Shown here: one piece after another, positions 52,416 to 63,092 of the stretch
Layout of the letters: each line of letters opens with the position of its first letter
Position numbering within the stretch: position 1 is the first letter of the stretch
Source of the DNA: Lama glama
Taxonomy: Eukaryota
NCBI GenBank assembly: GCA_028534125.1
Contig: CM052817.1
Coordinates: 68,388,001-68,452,000, forward strand
Reading direction: 5' to 3'
DNA: 64,000 nt
Notes under the pieces: generated by a model
Databases searched by the model: none
Told to the model about the DNA's origin: nothing
The model's input: only the letters and a program-made list of their open reading frames with translations
Translations under genes and position numbers: made by a program

Positions 52416-55400
52416 CCTGAGGAATGGAAAATCAAAATAAGGGCTGCCCATTTCAGATAACTGGCATTCTTTTACCCTGGGTGCCAATGGTAAATTGATT
52501 TGGAAATTGTATTTAGAACAAGAATCACAGAACTAGTGTATTTTCTAATGTTTTTCTTAGCACTTTTCCCCCCGTCTTCTATCTGGGCATAGAACGATTC
52601 CAGGTAGAAAAACAACATTAGTGACTATTTGAGGACTGCTGTGCCGTCCGTAATGAGGGCCCCTAAACTGTTAGCTGGTAGAGAATCCAGTCTGGTGACT
52701 GAGTGTGAACCATCCATAAGTATCTCCTCACTTTATTTTTACAGTTCTTTATAATAGTCTGGAGACTAAGTTATACCTCTTTTCTAAAAAAAAAAAAAAG
52801 ACCTACTTCAAATAAAAAAAATGATTATAATAACAAAAATAGATTTTGTGTGCCTTTAGAAGAAAGAAATGGGTGGTGTTTCCTACTATCATTTGGATGT
52901 GTTTATAAGTTGGACAATGCCCCCAAATTCTCTGCAGGCTGAACATTCAATCGAGTTTGTAGTTCTATGATTTCCAACAATTGATGGCTTGATTTTTATT
53001 TTTACTGAACTATCAGTTAAATCAAATAATTATCAGTCAGTTAACTGGTTGCATTTTATAACAAAAAAGCTTAGCTACTTTTATTCATCATGGCATATTT
53101 AGCATGGAACTTTTTCCAACGAGGTGAGTTCATGTTTATTAACATGTGGAAGTGATCCTCTGGAATCCTCTAACATTGGCAGCTCAGTGAGAAGTCTCCT
53201 GCTGTGGCTTGAGAAAGTTAATGGGCGGCTGAGGCAGTTACTTGCATGTTTTAGTTACGACCAGCACTTAGCTCGAGTAATCTAGAAAAATACCTCAATT
53301 CTGCATTTTCCTTGGCCATTGGAAAAATTTCCAGGTTCTCTCTGTGAGATAAAGTTTTACATTTGCCTTTATTCTTTACATGCATCAAAGAGCTTTCCCT
53401 GGTGACAAAAGATCTGGATCACTTCTGCATCATCCCTGGAGGAGGACGGTCTTTCTGTCCTTCCCCCTGTTTTTGAGTTTCTTTATAGACTGTTGGAGAG
53501 TTAAGACCTTTTCATCTCCGTTGTTAATTGTGGGTCATTGATTTCAGGACAGATAGAAAACATAGTTACGTTGGGTACAGAGTATGCTGACCAACTCCCT
53601 GAGTCAGACAGTCACTCTCTTCCCAGGTGCCCTGACGTGCTCCATGGCAAACTGTCAGTATGGCTGTGATGTTGTCAAAGGGCAGATTCGGTGCCAGTGC
53701 CCCTCTCCTGGCCTGCAGCTGGCTCCTGATGGGAGGACCTGTGTGGGTGAGTTGTAAAGTGAAGCCTCTCTGTCAGCAGCCTCTCTGGGATAAGGAAGAA
53801 AGTGAAATGTGATGGATAGAAGGAAAAAGGACACTTACTTACATCAGGTGATGAGCTATCCTTATCTTGGAAGGGGACCCCTCTCTGTGAAAGGACCATG
53901 GAAACCTTGTTTCCCTAAAAAATGAGGGGCAAGATGAAGCTTCAGGCAGAGGAAACCACATGAGCAAAGGCACTGGAGTTTAAAGAAGCACAGTGTTCAG
54001 GGAAACAAGTAGAGGTCAGTATTGCTAGAATGTAACAGGCAATGAGTGTCAAAGCTGAACAGGTGGACAGGGCTAGATGGTATGTATTGCACTAAAGAGT
54101 TAGACTTTTTCCCTGTAAATTAGGAAGGCAGTAAAGGATTGTGCTTAAGAGTCTGGGCTTTGATTTCAAACCTGGCTTTGCCATATACTTGATATGTGAC
54201 CTTCGGTAAGAGATTTCCTTTCTTTGAGCTGATTGTTCTCATCTTTAAAATGGGAGTACTGCCACATAGAACCCTTGTGAGGATCGAATGAAACCATGTA
54301 TGCAAAATGCTTAGCATAGTATCTAGCATCTAGTAAGCACTGAATGGGTGGAGGTGTTTGGGGACTCAGGAGATATTTATTGAGGACTTTCCATATGCCA
54401 CGTACTATGCTAAGTGCTAGGCTATATAGTAGTGGACAAAGCAGACACGTTTTAACCCTCCCAAAGCTGATGTTCTGATGGGAGAGACAGAAAAAAAAGA
54501 GCTATCCAATAAAATTACAAACAATACCAAGTGTTAATATGAGGTACTAAGAAAGAGGGACAGAAAGGGTCTATTTTAGAAAATGATGGTCAGGGAAAGC
54601 CATAAAGTAAGGCATGGGCCATTGGCCATGTGAAGACTCAGCCAAGCAGGTGAAAACATTGCAGAGCCCTGCTGTGAAAGAGAGGCTGGCCTGTCTGAGG
54701 TTTTGAAAGAAAGAAGGCGTTATCCTTAAGTACAGACATGGTGACTTGATACACAACCAGTGAGGTAGGTGAGGACTGTTCATTGCAGGGCCCTCAAAGA
54801 TGTGGTGAAGAATGAAGAATTAATTCAGAAAGCAAGTAGAAACAGTTAAGAATTTTAAGCATGGTAATACTCCCATCTTATGTCTTATAAAATTCTCTGT
54901 TGGCAGTTGTGTGGAGATGCTTTGGACGGAGGAAGATTGGTGGGGAAGACGCCAGTTTGGAGGCTCTTGTAATAGTCTATCCCAGGAGATAGTGGCTTGG
55001 ACTAGGGTCATGGCGTTGGGTGAAATGCAGAGTAAACAAGTTCAAAGAATGTGTCAGAGGTAGAATCAGCTGGGCTCGATGATTTGGGGGTTAGGGGAAA
55101 TAGAATTGTCAAGGATGACTCATGCCCCTGGTTGGAGCAACCAGGGGGATACAGGTGCCGTAAGTGCAAGAGGAGGGCAGCTTGGGTTAGAAGATGAGCT
55201 GAAACCTGGAGGTACGCAGTTTATGTTGCCTGTCAGGGCGACCAGCTGGATAACATTTATGATGAGCCACTGTGTGCCAGGCAACCATTTGCAGACAATT
55301 GTTTATTTTAAAATTTACTCCACCTGAACATGCTGTTGCTCTTCCTAAGATACAGTTGACCCTTGTTTCTAGATATTGATGAATGTGCCACCGGAAGAGC

Positions 55401-57663
55401 CTCCTGCCCCAGATTCAGGCAGTGTGTCAACACTTTTGGGAGTTACATCTGCAAATGTCATAAAGGCTTCGACCTCATGTACATTGGAGGCAAATACCAA
55501 TGTCACGGTAATAAACTCCAACCATTGCTTTGTGTTGTTTTTTCCTGCAGAGCGGAAAGGTCTCTTAATTATGGTGGTGACTGGGTTGTCAAGGGCAGGA
55601 GAGGGCACTGGCTTTAAATGAAACAAACAGAAGTGAAATTCAAATGCTAGTAGTTCTGGATGCACATGGACTTTTTTCTTCTGATTATCTGCAGATTTTA
55701 CATGGACCTTCACATTGCAAAAAAAAATTTTTTATTGAAATGGTGTATCTTTTTGTGCCATCATATTTATCTCGCAAATAAACCTCTTCTTTTCCTCCTT
55801 CCTGATGCAGATATAGACGAATGCTCCCTTGGTCAGTATCAGTGCAGCAGCTTTGCCCGATGTTACAACGTACATGGGTCCTACAAGTGTAAATGTAAAG
55901 ACGGATACCAGGGTGATGGACTGAATTGTGTGTGTGAGTAACGCTTGTCTCCCAGCTCTAAATTCCAGCAGAAAGTACAAGATTACACAAAGGCCATTAC
56001 CAGGGAAGATAAGGAACAAGATTAATTATCAAAGACATATAATTTTCATATTAATACTAGTCTGTGCTTTCTACAAACAAAAAAATCAGTTGCTCAGGTG
56101 TTTTAAAAAATTAAAGACTCAGTAATACATTCTGATCTTAAAAGCATTTAGTTCCTTGACTAAAATCTCCCAGTAGCTTCCCTTTAGCTGGCAAGAAATT
56201 ACTGAGCCCTCCCTGAGAATTTGATTTCGTTATAATCAGAAATAAATGTATGTTTGTCATTAGCATTAGGTTATAATGGTGGGATAATCTGAATGAATTC
56301 TACATTTTTGTTCCTGTTTTATGCCTCCAGTTCTACTATTAAAAAGTCATTTCCATATTTTTCTACATTTTGAACTGTTCTGCTATTTAAATTTTTACAA
56401 GCTCTATTTGTTAGTAGATAAACATGAAAAAAAAATACCCTCCAAGGTGAAAGTTTCACAGACCAAAGGCCATCACTGAGCATACATTTCATGCAACAGT
56501 AGATAATTTTTTAAATTTCTGGAGTAAAATATTGACTGAAAGAATGGGGCATAAAATCATGAAGGTTAAAGGATTTTGATGGGTCTTGTAGTCATACTGC
56601 CAGTCTAAAGTATATCATTCCAGAAAGATTAAATATTAATTCCTTTTGGTGAATGCAATCAAGAACAAAGCTTCCACAGATAGTCTTGGGGACCTGTGAA
56701 ACTTTTTTTACAAAGCAGTTGTATAAAATCAGCAAGGTGGAAGTAAACCAACTATAAAACCATATGTAGAAAATTTAATGAAAATGTATGAATTCAATTT
56801 ATGTAAAGTGTGGAAGAGGGAAGAGTATTAAGTCTTTAGACATTTTCAGCATGACTTTATAATGTACATGTACCACACTTAACATAGGCTCTAAATATAT
56901 GTTCCTCATATTTTAAAAAACTTAGAATGTCTCTGCATTTTTAAAAAAACCTCATTCTTGTCTTTTTCTACTTTACAAATACTTGAAACTTTTTGTTTCA
57001 AATGGTACATATTCATTACAGAAATACTGGTCATTTTTGCATACATCCACAGGATGGATATATGTGTGTATGAATATATGTATATATTATATATACACAC
57101 ACGTATTTATTTTTTTGGAAAATGATATGACTTACAGTAGGGGAGTATTCTAAACGAGAAAAGTAAGCCTAGTTGGCATGAGGTATTCTGATATGTGTGT
57201 TTTTTACAATTTGATATTTTACTTTTTAAGGAGAGATGGTTACACACTAATTTAAATATATTTACTATTCTAGATATTCCAAAAGTCATGATTGAGCCTT
57301 CGGGTCCAATTCACTTACCAAGGGGAAATGGTACCATTTCAAAGGGTGATGGAGGACACAGTAATTGGATTCCTGATGTCAGAAGTACTAGGTGGCCTCT
57401 GAAGACACCATACGTACCTCCTGTCATTACCAACAGGCCCACTTCTAAGCCAACAACAAGACCTACACCAGAGCCGATGCCACAGCCTACCCCACCTCCA
57501 CCACCACCCACAGAACCCGGAACACCTCCACCAGCAACAACCCCAGAAAGACCAACCACCAGACTGACAACTGTAGCACCAGTTACCACTACCTCTCCAA
57601 GGGGGATTACAGTTGACAACAGAATACAGACAGAGCCTCAGAAACCCAGAGGAGACGTCTTTA
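13764..57663 (+). CDS. NPNT: Nephronectin, 3'-partial spliced CDS: join(13764..13834,16036..16136,44006..44098,52144..52263,53627..53746,55373..55507,55811..55933,57274..57663), with optional cassettes 30543..30593 and 47601..47693
   Basis: Manual splicing at GT-AG sites gives a stop-free frame [48 protein letters not shown]...(5 EGF)...PQKPRGDVF, which I recognise as nephronectin; all exon phases are compatible. Confidence 0.97.
16036..16136 (+). CDS. NPNT: NPNT exon 2 ([35 protein letters not shown])
   Basis: Acceptor CTTTTTGTTTGGCAG|, donor AGC|GTGAGT; 101 nt, phase 2 to 1. Confidence 0.96.
18133..18320 (-). mobile_element. Short L1 3' UTR fragment with target-site duplication
   Basis: Antisense of the same L1 3' end as at 7103; TSD TTTTCCTTCTT at 18122..18132 and 18321..18331. 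Confidence 0.8.
18450..18710 (+). mobile_element. MIR SINE
   Basis: CTCTGGAGCTAGACTGCCTGGGTT...AGCTGTGTGACCTTGAG...TGTAAAGCACTTA. Confidence 0.8.
30543..30593 (+). CDS. NPNT: NPNT alternative cassette exon, 17 aa ([18 protein letters not shown])
   Basis: Acceptor TTTGTTTTGCAG|, donor AAG|GTTAGA; 51 nt, phase 1-1; the peptide matches the long-isoform insert I recall from human/mouse nephronectin. Confidence 0.9.
31676..31826 (-). mobile_element. tRNA-derived SINE, camelid Vic-1-like
   Basis: The reverse complement reads GGGCATAGCTCAAGCCGTAGAGCACATGCTTAGCATGCACGAGGCCCTGGGTTCGATCCCC (A and B boxes); A-rich tail; degenerate TSD TAYAAATGAASTT at 31663..31675 and 31827..31839. Confidence 0.8.
36860..37805 (-). 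mobile_element. L1MC/ME-like 3' fragment
   Basis: CTGAACCATTTGAAAGTAA...ATCCAGTCAAGGACCACATATTGCATTTAGTTG...GTAAGTAATCTGTGG. Confidence 0.7.
40225..40640 (-). mobile_element. MLT1J/K-like MaLR LTR
   Basis: GGCTGCAAATAACAG...AACTTCTGTTTAC...TAGACATTGGTGAGCACCCAGCAATGTCTGCCAC. Confidence 0.6.
43010..43222. mobile_element. MER20 (hAT-Charlie) DNA transposon
   Basis: TTGGGCTGGATAATT...AGGATGTTTAGCGGCACCCCTG...CTAGATGCCAG...CCCAGCTGAGAATCACTG. Confidence 0.75.
44006..44098 (+). CDS. NPNT: NPNT exon 3, EGF-like 1 ([30 protein letters not shown])
   Basis: Acceptor CCTCTTTTCACAG|, donor AAG|GTAGGG; 93 nt, phase 1-1; six-Cys EGF spacing. Confidence 0.96.
44254..44402 (-). mobile_element. tRNA-derived SINE, camelid Vic-1-like
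   Basis: GGAGGCACTGGGGATTAAACCCAGGACCTTGTGCACGCCAAGCATGCGCTCTACCACTAAGCT with a T-rich tail; degenerate TSD AAGARTGGT at 44242 and 44403. Confidence 0.8.
46365..46864. other. Assembly gap (500 N) inside NPNT intron 3
   Basis: Run of exactly 500 N. Confidence 1.
47601..47693 (+). CDS. NPNT: NPNT alternative cassette exon, 31 aa ([31 protein letters not shown])
   Basis: Acceptor CTTCTTCCTGGTGTGAAG|, donor GGG|GTGAGC; 93 nt, phase 1-1, stop-free; resembles the [23 protein letters not shown] insert recalled from longer human/mouse isoforms. Confidence 0.85.
52144..52263 (+). CDS. NPNT: NPNT exon 4, calcium-binding EGF-like 2 ([40 protein letters not shown])
   Basis: Acceptor ATTCTTTTCAG|, donor CGG|GTATGT; 120 nt; D-x-N-E-C and C-x-N-x-x-G-S-Y-x-C cbEGF motifs. 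Confidence 0.97.
52373..52416. repeat. Compound (GCGT)n(GT)n(GC)n microsatellite
   Basis: 44 nt of unbroken purine-pyrimidine alternation. Confidence 0.95.
53627..53746 (+). CDS. NPNT: NPNT exon 5, EGF-like 3 ([40 protein letters not shown])
   Basis: Acceptor CTCTCTTCCCAG|, donor TGG|GTGAGT; 120 nt, phase 1-1. Confidence 0.96.
54140..54350 (+). mobile_element. MIR SINE
   Basis: ATGTGACCTTCGGTAAG...CTCATCTTTAAAATGGG...TGTGAGGATCGAATGAAA...AGTAAGCACT. Confidence 0.75.
54370..55230 (-). mobile_element. L2 LINE fragment
   Basis: ATATTTATTGAGGACTTTCCATATGCCA...GGCTTGGACTAGGGT...GTCAAGGATGACTC. Confidence 0.7.
55373..55507 (+). CDS. NPNT: NPNT exon 6, calcium-binding EGF-like 4 ([45 protein letters not shown])
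   Basis: Acceptor CCTTGTTTCTAG|, donor ACG|GTAATA; 135 nt; lies within ORF 55363..55617. Confidence 0.97.
55811..55933 (+). CDS. NPNT: NPNT exon 7, calcium-binding EGF-like 5 ([41 protein letters not shown])
   Basis: Acceptor CTTCCTGATGCAG|, donor TGT|GTGAGT; 123 nt; lies within ORF 55660..55941. Confidence 0.97.
57274..57663 (+). CDS. NPNT: NPNT exon 8, Pro/Thr-rich mucin-like linker with RGD integrin motif
   Basis: Acceptor TTTACTATTCTAG|, donor TTA|GTAAGT; 390 nt; RGD codons AGA GGA GAC at 57648..57656; NGT sequon at 57327..57335. Confidence 0.97.
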
Positions 57664-57690
57664 GTAAGTTATAATTGTTGGCACATTTTT

Positions 57691-59359
57691 TGAGGGTTTT
57701 TTTCCCCCAGTCTTATTGAGATGTAATTGACATATAGCACTGTATGAGTTTAAAGAGTTAAGCATAATGGTTTAACTTACTGTGGTAATCATTTCATGAT
57801 ATACGTAACTTTAGTTAACATCCATCATCTCATATAGACACAAAATCAACAAAAAGGAAAAAATGTTTTTTCTTGGAATGAGAAATCTTAGAATTTACTT
57901 GATTAACAACTTCCATATGTCATACAGCAGTTTTAACTACAGTCATTAAAGTTGTACATTACATCCCTAGTTTATCCTATTTAATTTTATAACTAAAGTC
58001 ATACCTTTTGACCACTTTTATCCAGTTCCCCCTTCCCTCACCTCCTACCTCTAGTAACCACAGATAGATCTCTTTTTCTGTAAGTTTGTTTTATTTTGTT
58101 TTAAGATTCTACATGTAAGTGAGATCATATGGTATTTGCCTTTCTCTGTCTGCCTTATTTCACTTAGCATAATATCCTCAAGGTCCTTTCATGTTGTCTC
58201 AAATGGCAGGATTTTCTCATTAGTATTCCCTATATATATGTACGTGTGTATATACACATACATCTTCTTCATTAATTCATCTATCAATGGACACTTAGGT
58301 TGTTTCAATGTCTTGGCTATTGTAAATAACACTATGAACATGAGGGTGCAGATACCTCTTTAACATATTTTTATTTCCTTTGGATATACTCCCAGAGCTA
58401 GTATTGCTGGGTCATATGGTAGTTCTATTTTTAATTTTTTGAGGAAACTTCATACTGTTTACCATAGTGGCTGCACCAATTTACAATCCCACCAGCAGTG
58501 CACAAGGGTTCCCTTATCTCCACATCCTCCCCAACACTTGTTATTTCTTGTCTTTTTGATAATGGCCATTCTAACTGGTGTGAGGTGATATCTTACTGTG
58601 GTTGTGACTTGCGTTTCCCTGATAATTAGTGATGCTGAGCATCTTTTCATGTACCTATTGGCCATTTAGTATATCTTCTTTGGACAAATGTGTATTCAGT
58701 TCCTTTGTCCACTTTTAATTTGATTATTTGGTTTTTTGCTCTCAAGTTGTATGAGTTCTCTGTATACTTTAGATATTAACCCCTTGAAAGATATATGATT
58801 TGCAAATTTGTTTCCTGTTCCATAGGTTGTCTTTTCACTTTGTTGACGGTTTCTTTTGCTGTGCAGATGCTTTTTAGTTTGATGTCATCTTATTTATTTT
58901 TTATTTTGTTGCTTGTGCTTTAAGTGTTGTAGCAAAAAAAAAATCATTGCCAAGACCCATGTCAAGGAGCTTTATTCCTGTGTTTCATTCTAGAGGTTTA
59001 TGGTTTTGGGTCTTATGTTCAAGTCTTTAATTCATTTCAAGTTAACTTTTGTGAGTGGAGATCTAGATTCATTCCTTTGCATGTGACTGTCCAATTTTCC
59101 CGGCACCATTAATTGAAAAGACTGTCTTTCCTCCATTGAGTATTCCTGGCTCCCTTGTCAAATATTATTTGACCTTCCTTATGTGTTTGGGTTTATTTCT
59201 GGGCTCTTGATTCTGTTCCATTGGTCTATATGTCTGTTTTTATTGCCAGTACCATGCTGTTTGATTACTGGGCCTTTATAGTGTAGCTTGAAATTAGGAA
59301 GTATGGTGCCTCCTGCTTTGTTCTTTCTCAGGATTGCTTTGGCTATTTGGGATCTTTTG
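57691..59359 (-). mobile_element. 5'-truncated L1 (L1MA9-like): ORF2 C-terminus plus 3' UTR, with TSD
   Basis: ORF 58459..58665 ([12 protein letters not shown]...[14 protein letters not shown]...[13 protein letters not shown]) is the L1 ORF2 C-terminal region; TSD TGTTRGCAYATTTTT at 57676..57690 and 59360..59374. Confidence 0.9.
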
Positions 59360-61049
59360 TGTTAGCATATTTTTAATTAGCTTTTTTATGATGGCATTTC
59401 AACCAAAGGCCATGTCTTGAATAAGAATAAAATTCATAAAAAGAATTAGGTATACAGAATGTAAGTCATATATCCCTATTGTTAAATACTATAAACAGCT
59501 ATATATAAAAGTCAGCCAACTGGGCAAATAAGATAGTGAATTGAAATGGAAGGCATAGCAAAGTCATATAGTAGATCATAGCTCCTATCCAGTGTGAGAT
59601 TTCTCCTGACATATTCAGATTTGTTTGAAAACTCTCAGAGGTGGGGAACTTAATATAATGTGTGCCATTTTACTTTTAATCTAAGTGTTCATTCAGTCAG
59701 TAAACCTTGTCAGCATGTTTTAGAATGCCAGGCCCTGTAGCAGGCATTGGGCTTACAAAGGTAAAACAGAAAAGCTTATAATCTGGTGGAAAAGACAGTT
59801 GCCCAGAAGATAACTGTGGGACTATGTTAGTGAAAGAGATTTGTGTGGCACACTGTGGGAGTAGAGCGAAGAGGTACCTAACCCATCTTTGGGCAGGGAC
59901 AGTTGTGGGGAGGAGAGGCTTCTTGAGTGAAAAAAAAAGAAAGCATTATAGTTTATGGGAACAACACAACAAAGACACAAGGGTAAGAAGCAGCATAGCA
60001 CATGCAACAGATTGCCAGCAGGCTGGAGGGTTGAGCTAAGTAAGGATTGATGAGAAAACCTGAACAGCTACCCCTTGTATATGCTGTAAACTGGTGGTTT
60101 GATCTAAACTGGAGTCAGGTTGAATTAAAGACTCCAGATTTTTAATCAGTGACTTGGTAAAGGGTGGTCCCACCAATGGAGTTAGAGGTAAAGAAGTTTT
60201 GAAGGAAGAAGAGATTTTTCCCTTACTACCAGACTGAAATTGGCCATTTTTCAACCTCTTCCTGAGCCTTTTAATGTGTTCTCTTGTTTAAAAGTCTCTC
60301 TTTCTTCCCGTTATCCCTCTCTACCCCAACACACATGTGAATTAAAAATAACATTGAAGTTCACTAACAGAATTTAGCAGGCTCAAACTAGGGAGGCACG
60401 GAGTTCTGACGAAGTTTGAGAGCACTCATTCTAAGAGAGTGTGAACTTAAAGACGTGCCCTGGGAAAGAATTGCCTTGATCCTGCGCCAGGGCTGTTGCA
60501 TGCCACAGATAGCACTGCTGCCTTTGGACACTCCTGCCAAAAATTAAATTCCACTCTCATTTCATCTTCAGCCGTGGCTGCTGGTTAATGTTAGCACAGA
60601 TGAGGATATTCTGGACACTTCTTAAATTTGCTGTCTGGCGATTACAGCGTATATTCCAAATACGGGAGAAGTTCTAAGTTTTTAATTCAGAACAAATAAC
60701 TGGTATTTATTCATTGTGAAAACAGAAAGGAACCTTAACATTCTTTTAGTTCAAGACCATTTATTCATCGAATATTTTCTTCGCTTCCAGTATAATCGTT
60801 TCTTAAGCCATCCTTATTCTCTGCTGATCGGACTTTGGCTCTCTTCATTTTATGAATTTTCAGGGAGTGTCGACTATAGCCACTGTTGGGCCATCTTCAA
60901 ATAGCCCCACACTTCAGTTGTATTTTTCATTACATTGAAAGATACATATTGGTTTAATGGAAGAGGTTGTTAAACACTGCTTTTCTTTATAATGTGTGTG
61001 TGTTTATGTGTGTGTGTCCCCCAAGAAAAGACTGAAAAAAAATTATAAC

Positions 61050-62255
61050 ACAAATACATCTCTAGCCCAGACTTCCCCAAACTCTAGACTTACCTGCAGG
61101 TTTAAGCTCTCCAGCTGGATGAAGATACAGGTCTCAAACTCCATTTCTAATGGTCTCTGATCAACACCCCAAACACATTCTACCCACAGCTTTTCCCACT
61201 ACAGGAGATGGCCCCTCCATCCTACCAACTACTACAACCAAAGAACTTAGAGTCACCTTAAATTGCTATTCATACCCACATCCAACGTATGCAGGAATCC
61301 TGTTAGCCCTGCCTTCACATCACATCTGAAGTGTGGCTACTGCTCAGTATCTCCAGTGCTACCACTCTGGCCCCAGCCATCCTTCCCCTGGAGTCCAGGT
61401 CCAGAATCCTGTATCCAGATGATACAGTTGTGGAATGCAGCATTTTTCAGATTTTAGAAAAGTAATAAGGTGAATATGCTGTATATTACACACTGAAGCA
61501 TATTAGTGCTTCTAGGAAACATATGAGTATTGACACTGACTTGGCTACTAACACTATTTAGGCTAGGTTTTGGACTTTAGCATTGTGGCTGAGGAACTGT
61601 GGACCTGGACTGCAGGAGCCTCCCAGCCAGTCTCCCTTCTTCCACCCTTGTCCCTCTGTGGTCTCTTCTCAACCCAGCAGCCATTCATATCTTAAATCTT
61701 AAATAAAACACCATCGTTCAAAGCTCTGCACTAGCACTCGCTTCCTTCAGTAAGGACTTAAGCCCTCCCAGTATCTGAGTCCTAAATGATCGCATCTCCG
61801 AGCACGCTCGCCCTCATTCAATTCATTCCAGCCTCTTCGCTGTTCCTCACACTTCTCCCATCTGAGGATTTTTGTTCCAACTGTTCCCTCTTTCTGGAAC
61901 ACTCTTCCCCCAGCTACCAGCTTATCTCACTTTCTCACCATGTCGTGCAAATCCCAACTTACCAGTGAGGCTGCCTCGACCCCCCTATTCAGTAATGTGA
62001 CCTCTACCAGCCACCGCCAGCATACCTGAGCTCACAGCTCTCTACTGTCTTTTTAAAATAGCATTCATCACCTTCTGTATACTACCTTGTTTACTTACTT
62101 ATAATGTCTATTTTTGCCTCTTATTAGAATATACACCTTTGGAGGACAGAGATCTTTGTCTGTTTCGCTCATTGGTATATCTCAGGAACCTGGATTAATG
62201 CCTGGCACATAATAGGCAACTGAATACTCTTGTGGAACATAGAAGTGAATAAATA
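61050..62255 (+). mobile_element. L2 LINE fragment interrupted by a Tigger-like element
   Basis: ATCTCTAGCCCAGACTTCCCC...TGCCTGGCACATAATAGGCA at the 3' end. Confidence 0.7.
61396..61607. mobile_element. TcMar-Tigger-like non-autonomous DNA transposon
   Basis: Terminal inverted repeats CAGGTCCAGAATCC ... GGAACTGTGGACCTG; internal TTTTCAGATTTTAGAAAAGTAATA. Confidence 0.6.
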
Positions 62256-62939
62256 GATCAATCGCTCATACCATCTTAAAATAAAATAATCATCATGTAA
62301 TCACATTTTCCATCCAAAATCTAGTTTAATATAACACATTTAATCTAAGAGTTTAAAAATATTCTTTCCTGATTGTTACTTATTTTTTATAGTATAAGGA
62401 ACTTTAAAAATTGTACTTCCACCCTATTTTTTCTCTTTCTCCCCTCCTTCCCTTCTTTATGGAAATTGGTATTCTATTCAGTGGATTATTAAATCTGAAA
62501 ATTCAATATTAGTGAGAAGGGAAATGATGTTAATTTAGAGATAATGCTTCAATGTATATATTTCCTCGCTCCTGAAACTAACTCAGATAATTTTTCCATT
62601 ATACTTTTAGTAATTGGAAGTTGGCCTTTGTGAAAGTACACAATTTTTTTTAATGTAAGAGAGATTTAAGAAGCCACCCCTTAGAACAATGTTTCCTCTA
62701 GGAAGAAACAAAATACTATTGAAGCTGGATTTTTTTGTCCTTTCATTACTCCTGCAAAAAAAAAAAAAAGGGTTCAAAACAGCAGAAAGTTATTTAAACT
62801 TCAAGTAAGTGATCCAGATGGAATAGTTATAATAGCCTTTTTATATCAGAATCCCAGCTGAACCAGAGACCTAAGGTGCTCACTTAGATGGAGATTCCTA
62901 ATCCCTACCACACATCGACTGAATTGGACTTTCTAGGGA

Positions 62940-63092
62940 AACGCTGCTCAGCCTTGAGTGTGTGTATAAGTCACACAGGGACTTTGTTAAAATGAAAGCT
63001 TCAGTTCAGTGGGTCTAGGTTAGGGCCTGAGATTCTGCATTTTCAACAAGCTCACAAGTAATATGGCTGATCTAACCACACTGAATAGTAGG
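62940..63092. mobile_element. MER5A-like hAT fragment
   Basis: TTCAGTGGGTCTAGGTTAGGGCCTGAGATTCTGCATTTTCAACAAGCTC. Confidence 0.65.

Noticed and set aside
57311..57619. Gly/Val-rich antisense ORF
   Set aside because: Mirror of the Pro/Thr codons of NPNT exon 8.
58459..58665. ORF matching retrotransposon ORF2
   Set aside because: Fragment of a truncated, decayed L1; not a host gene or an active element.
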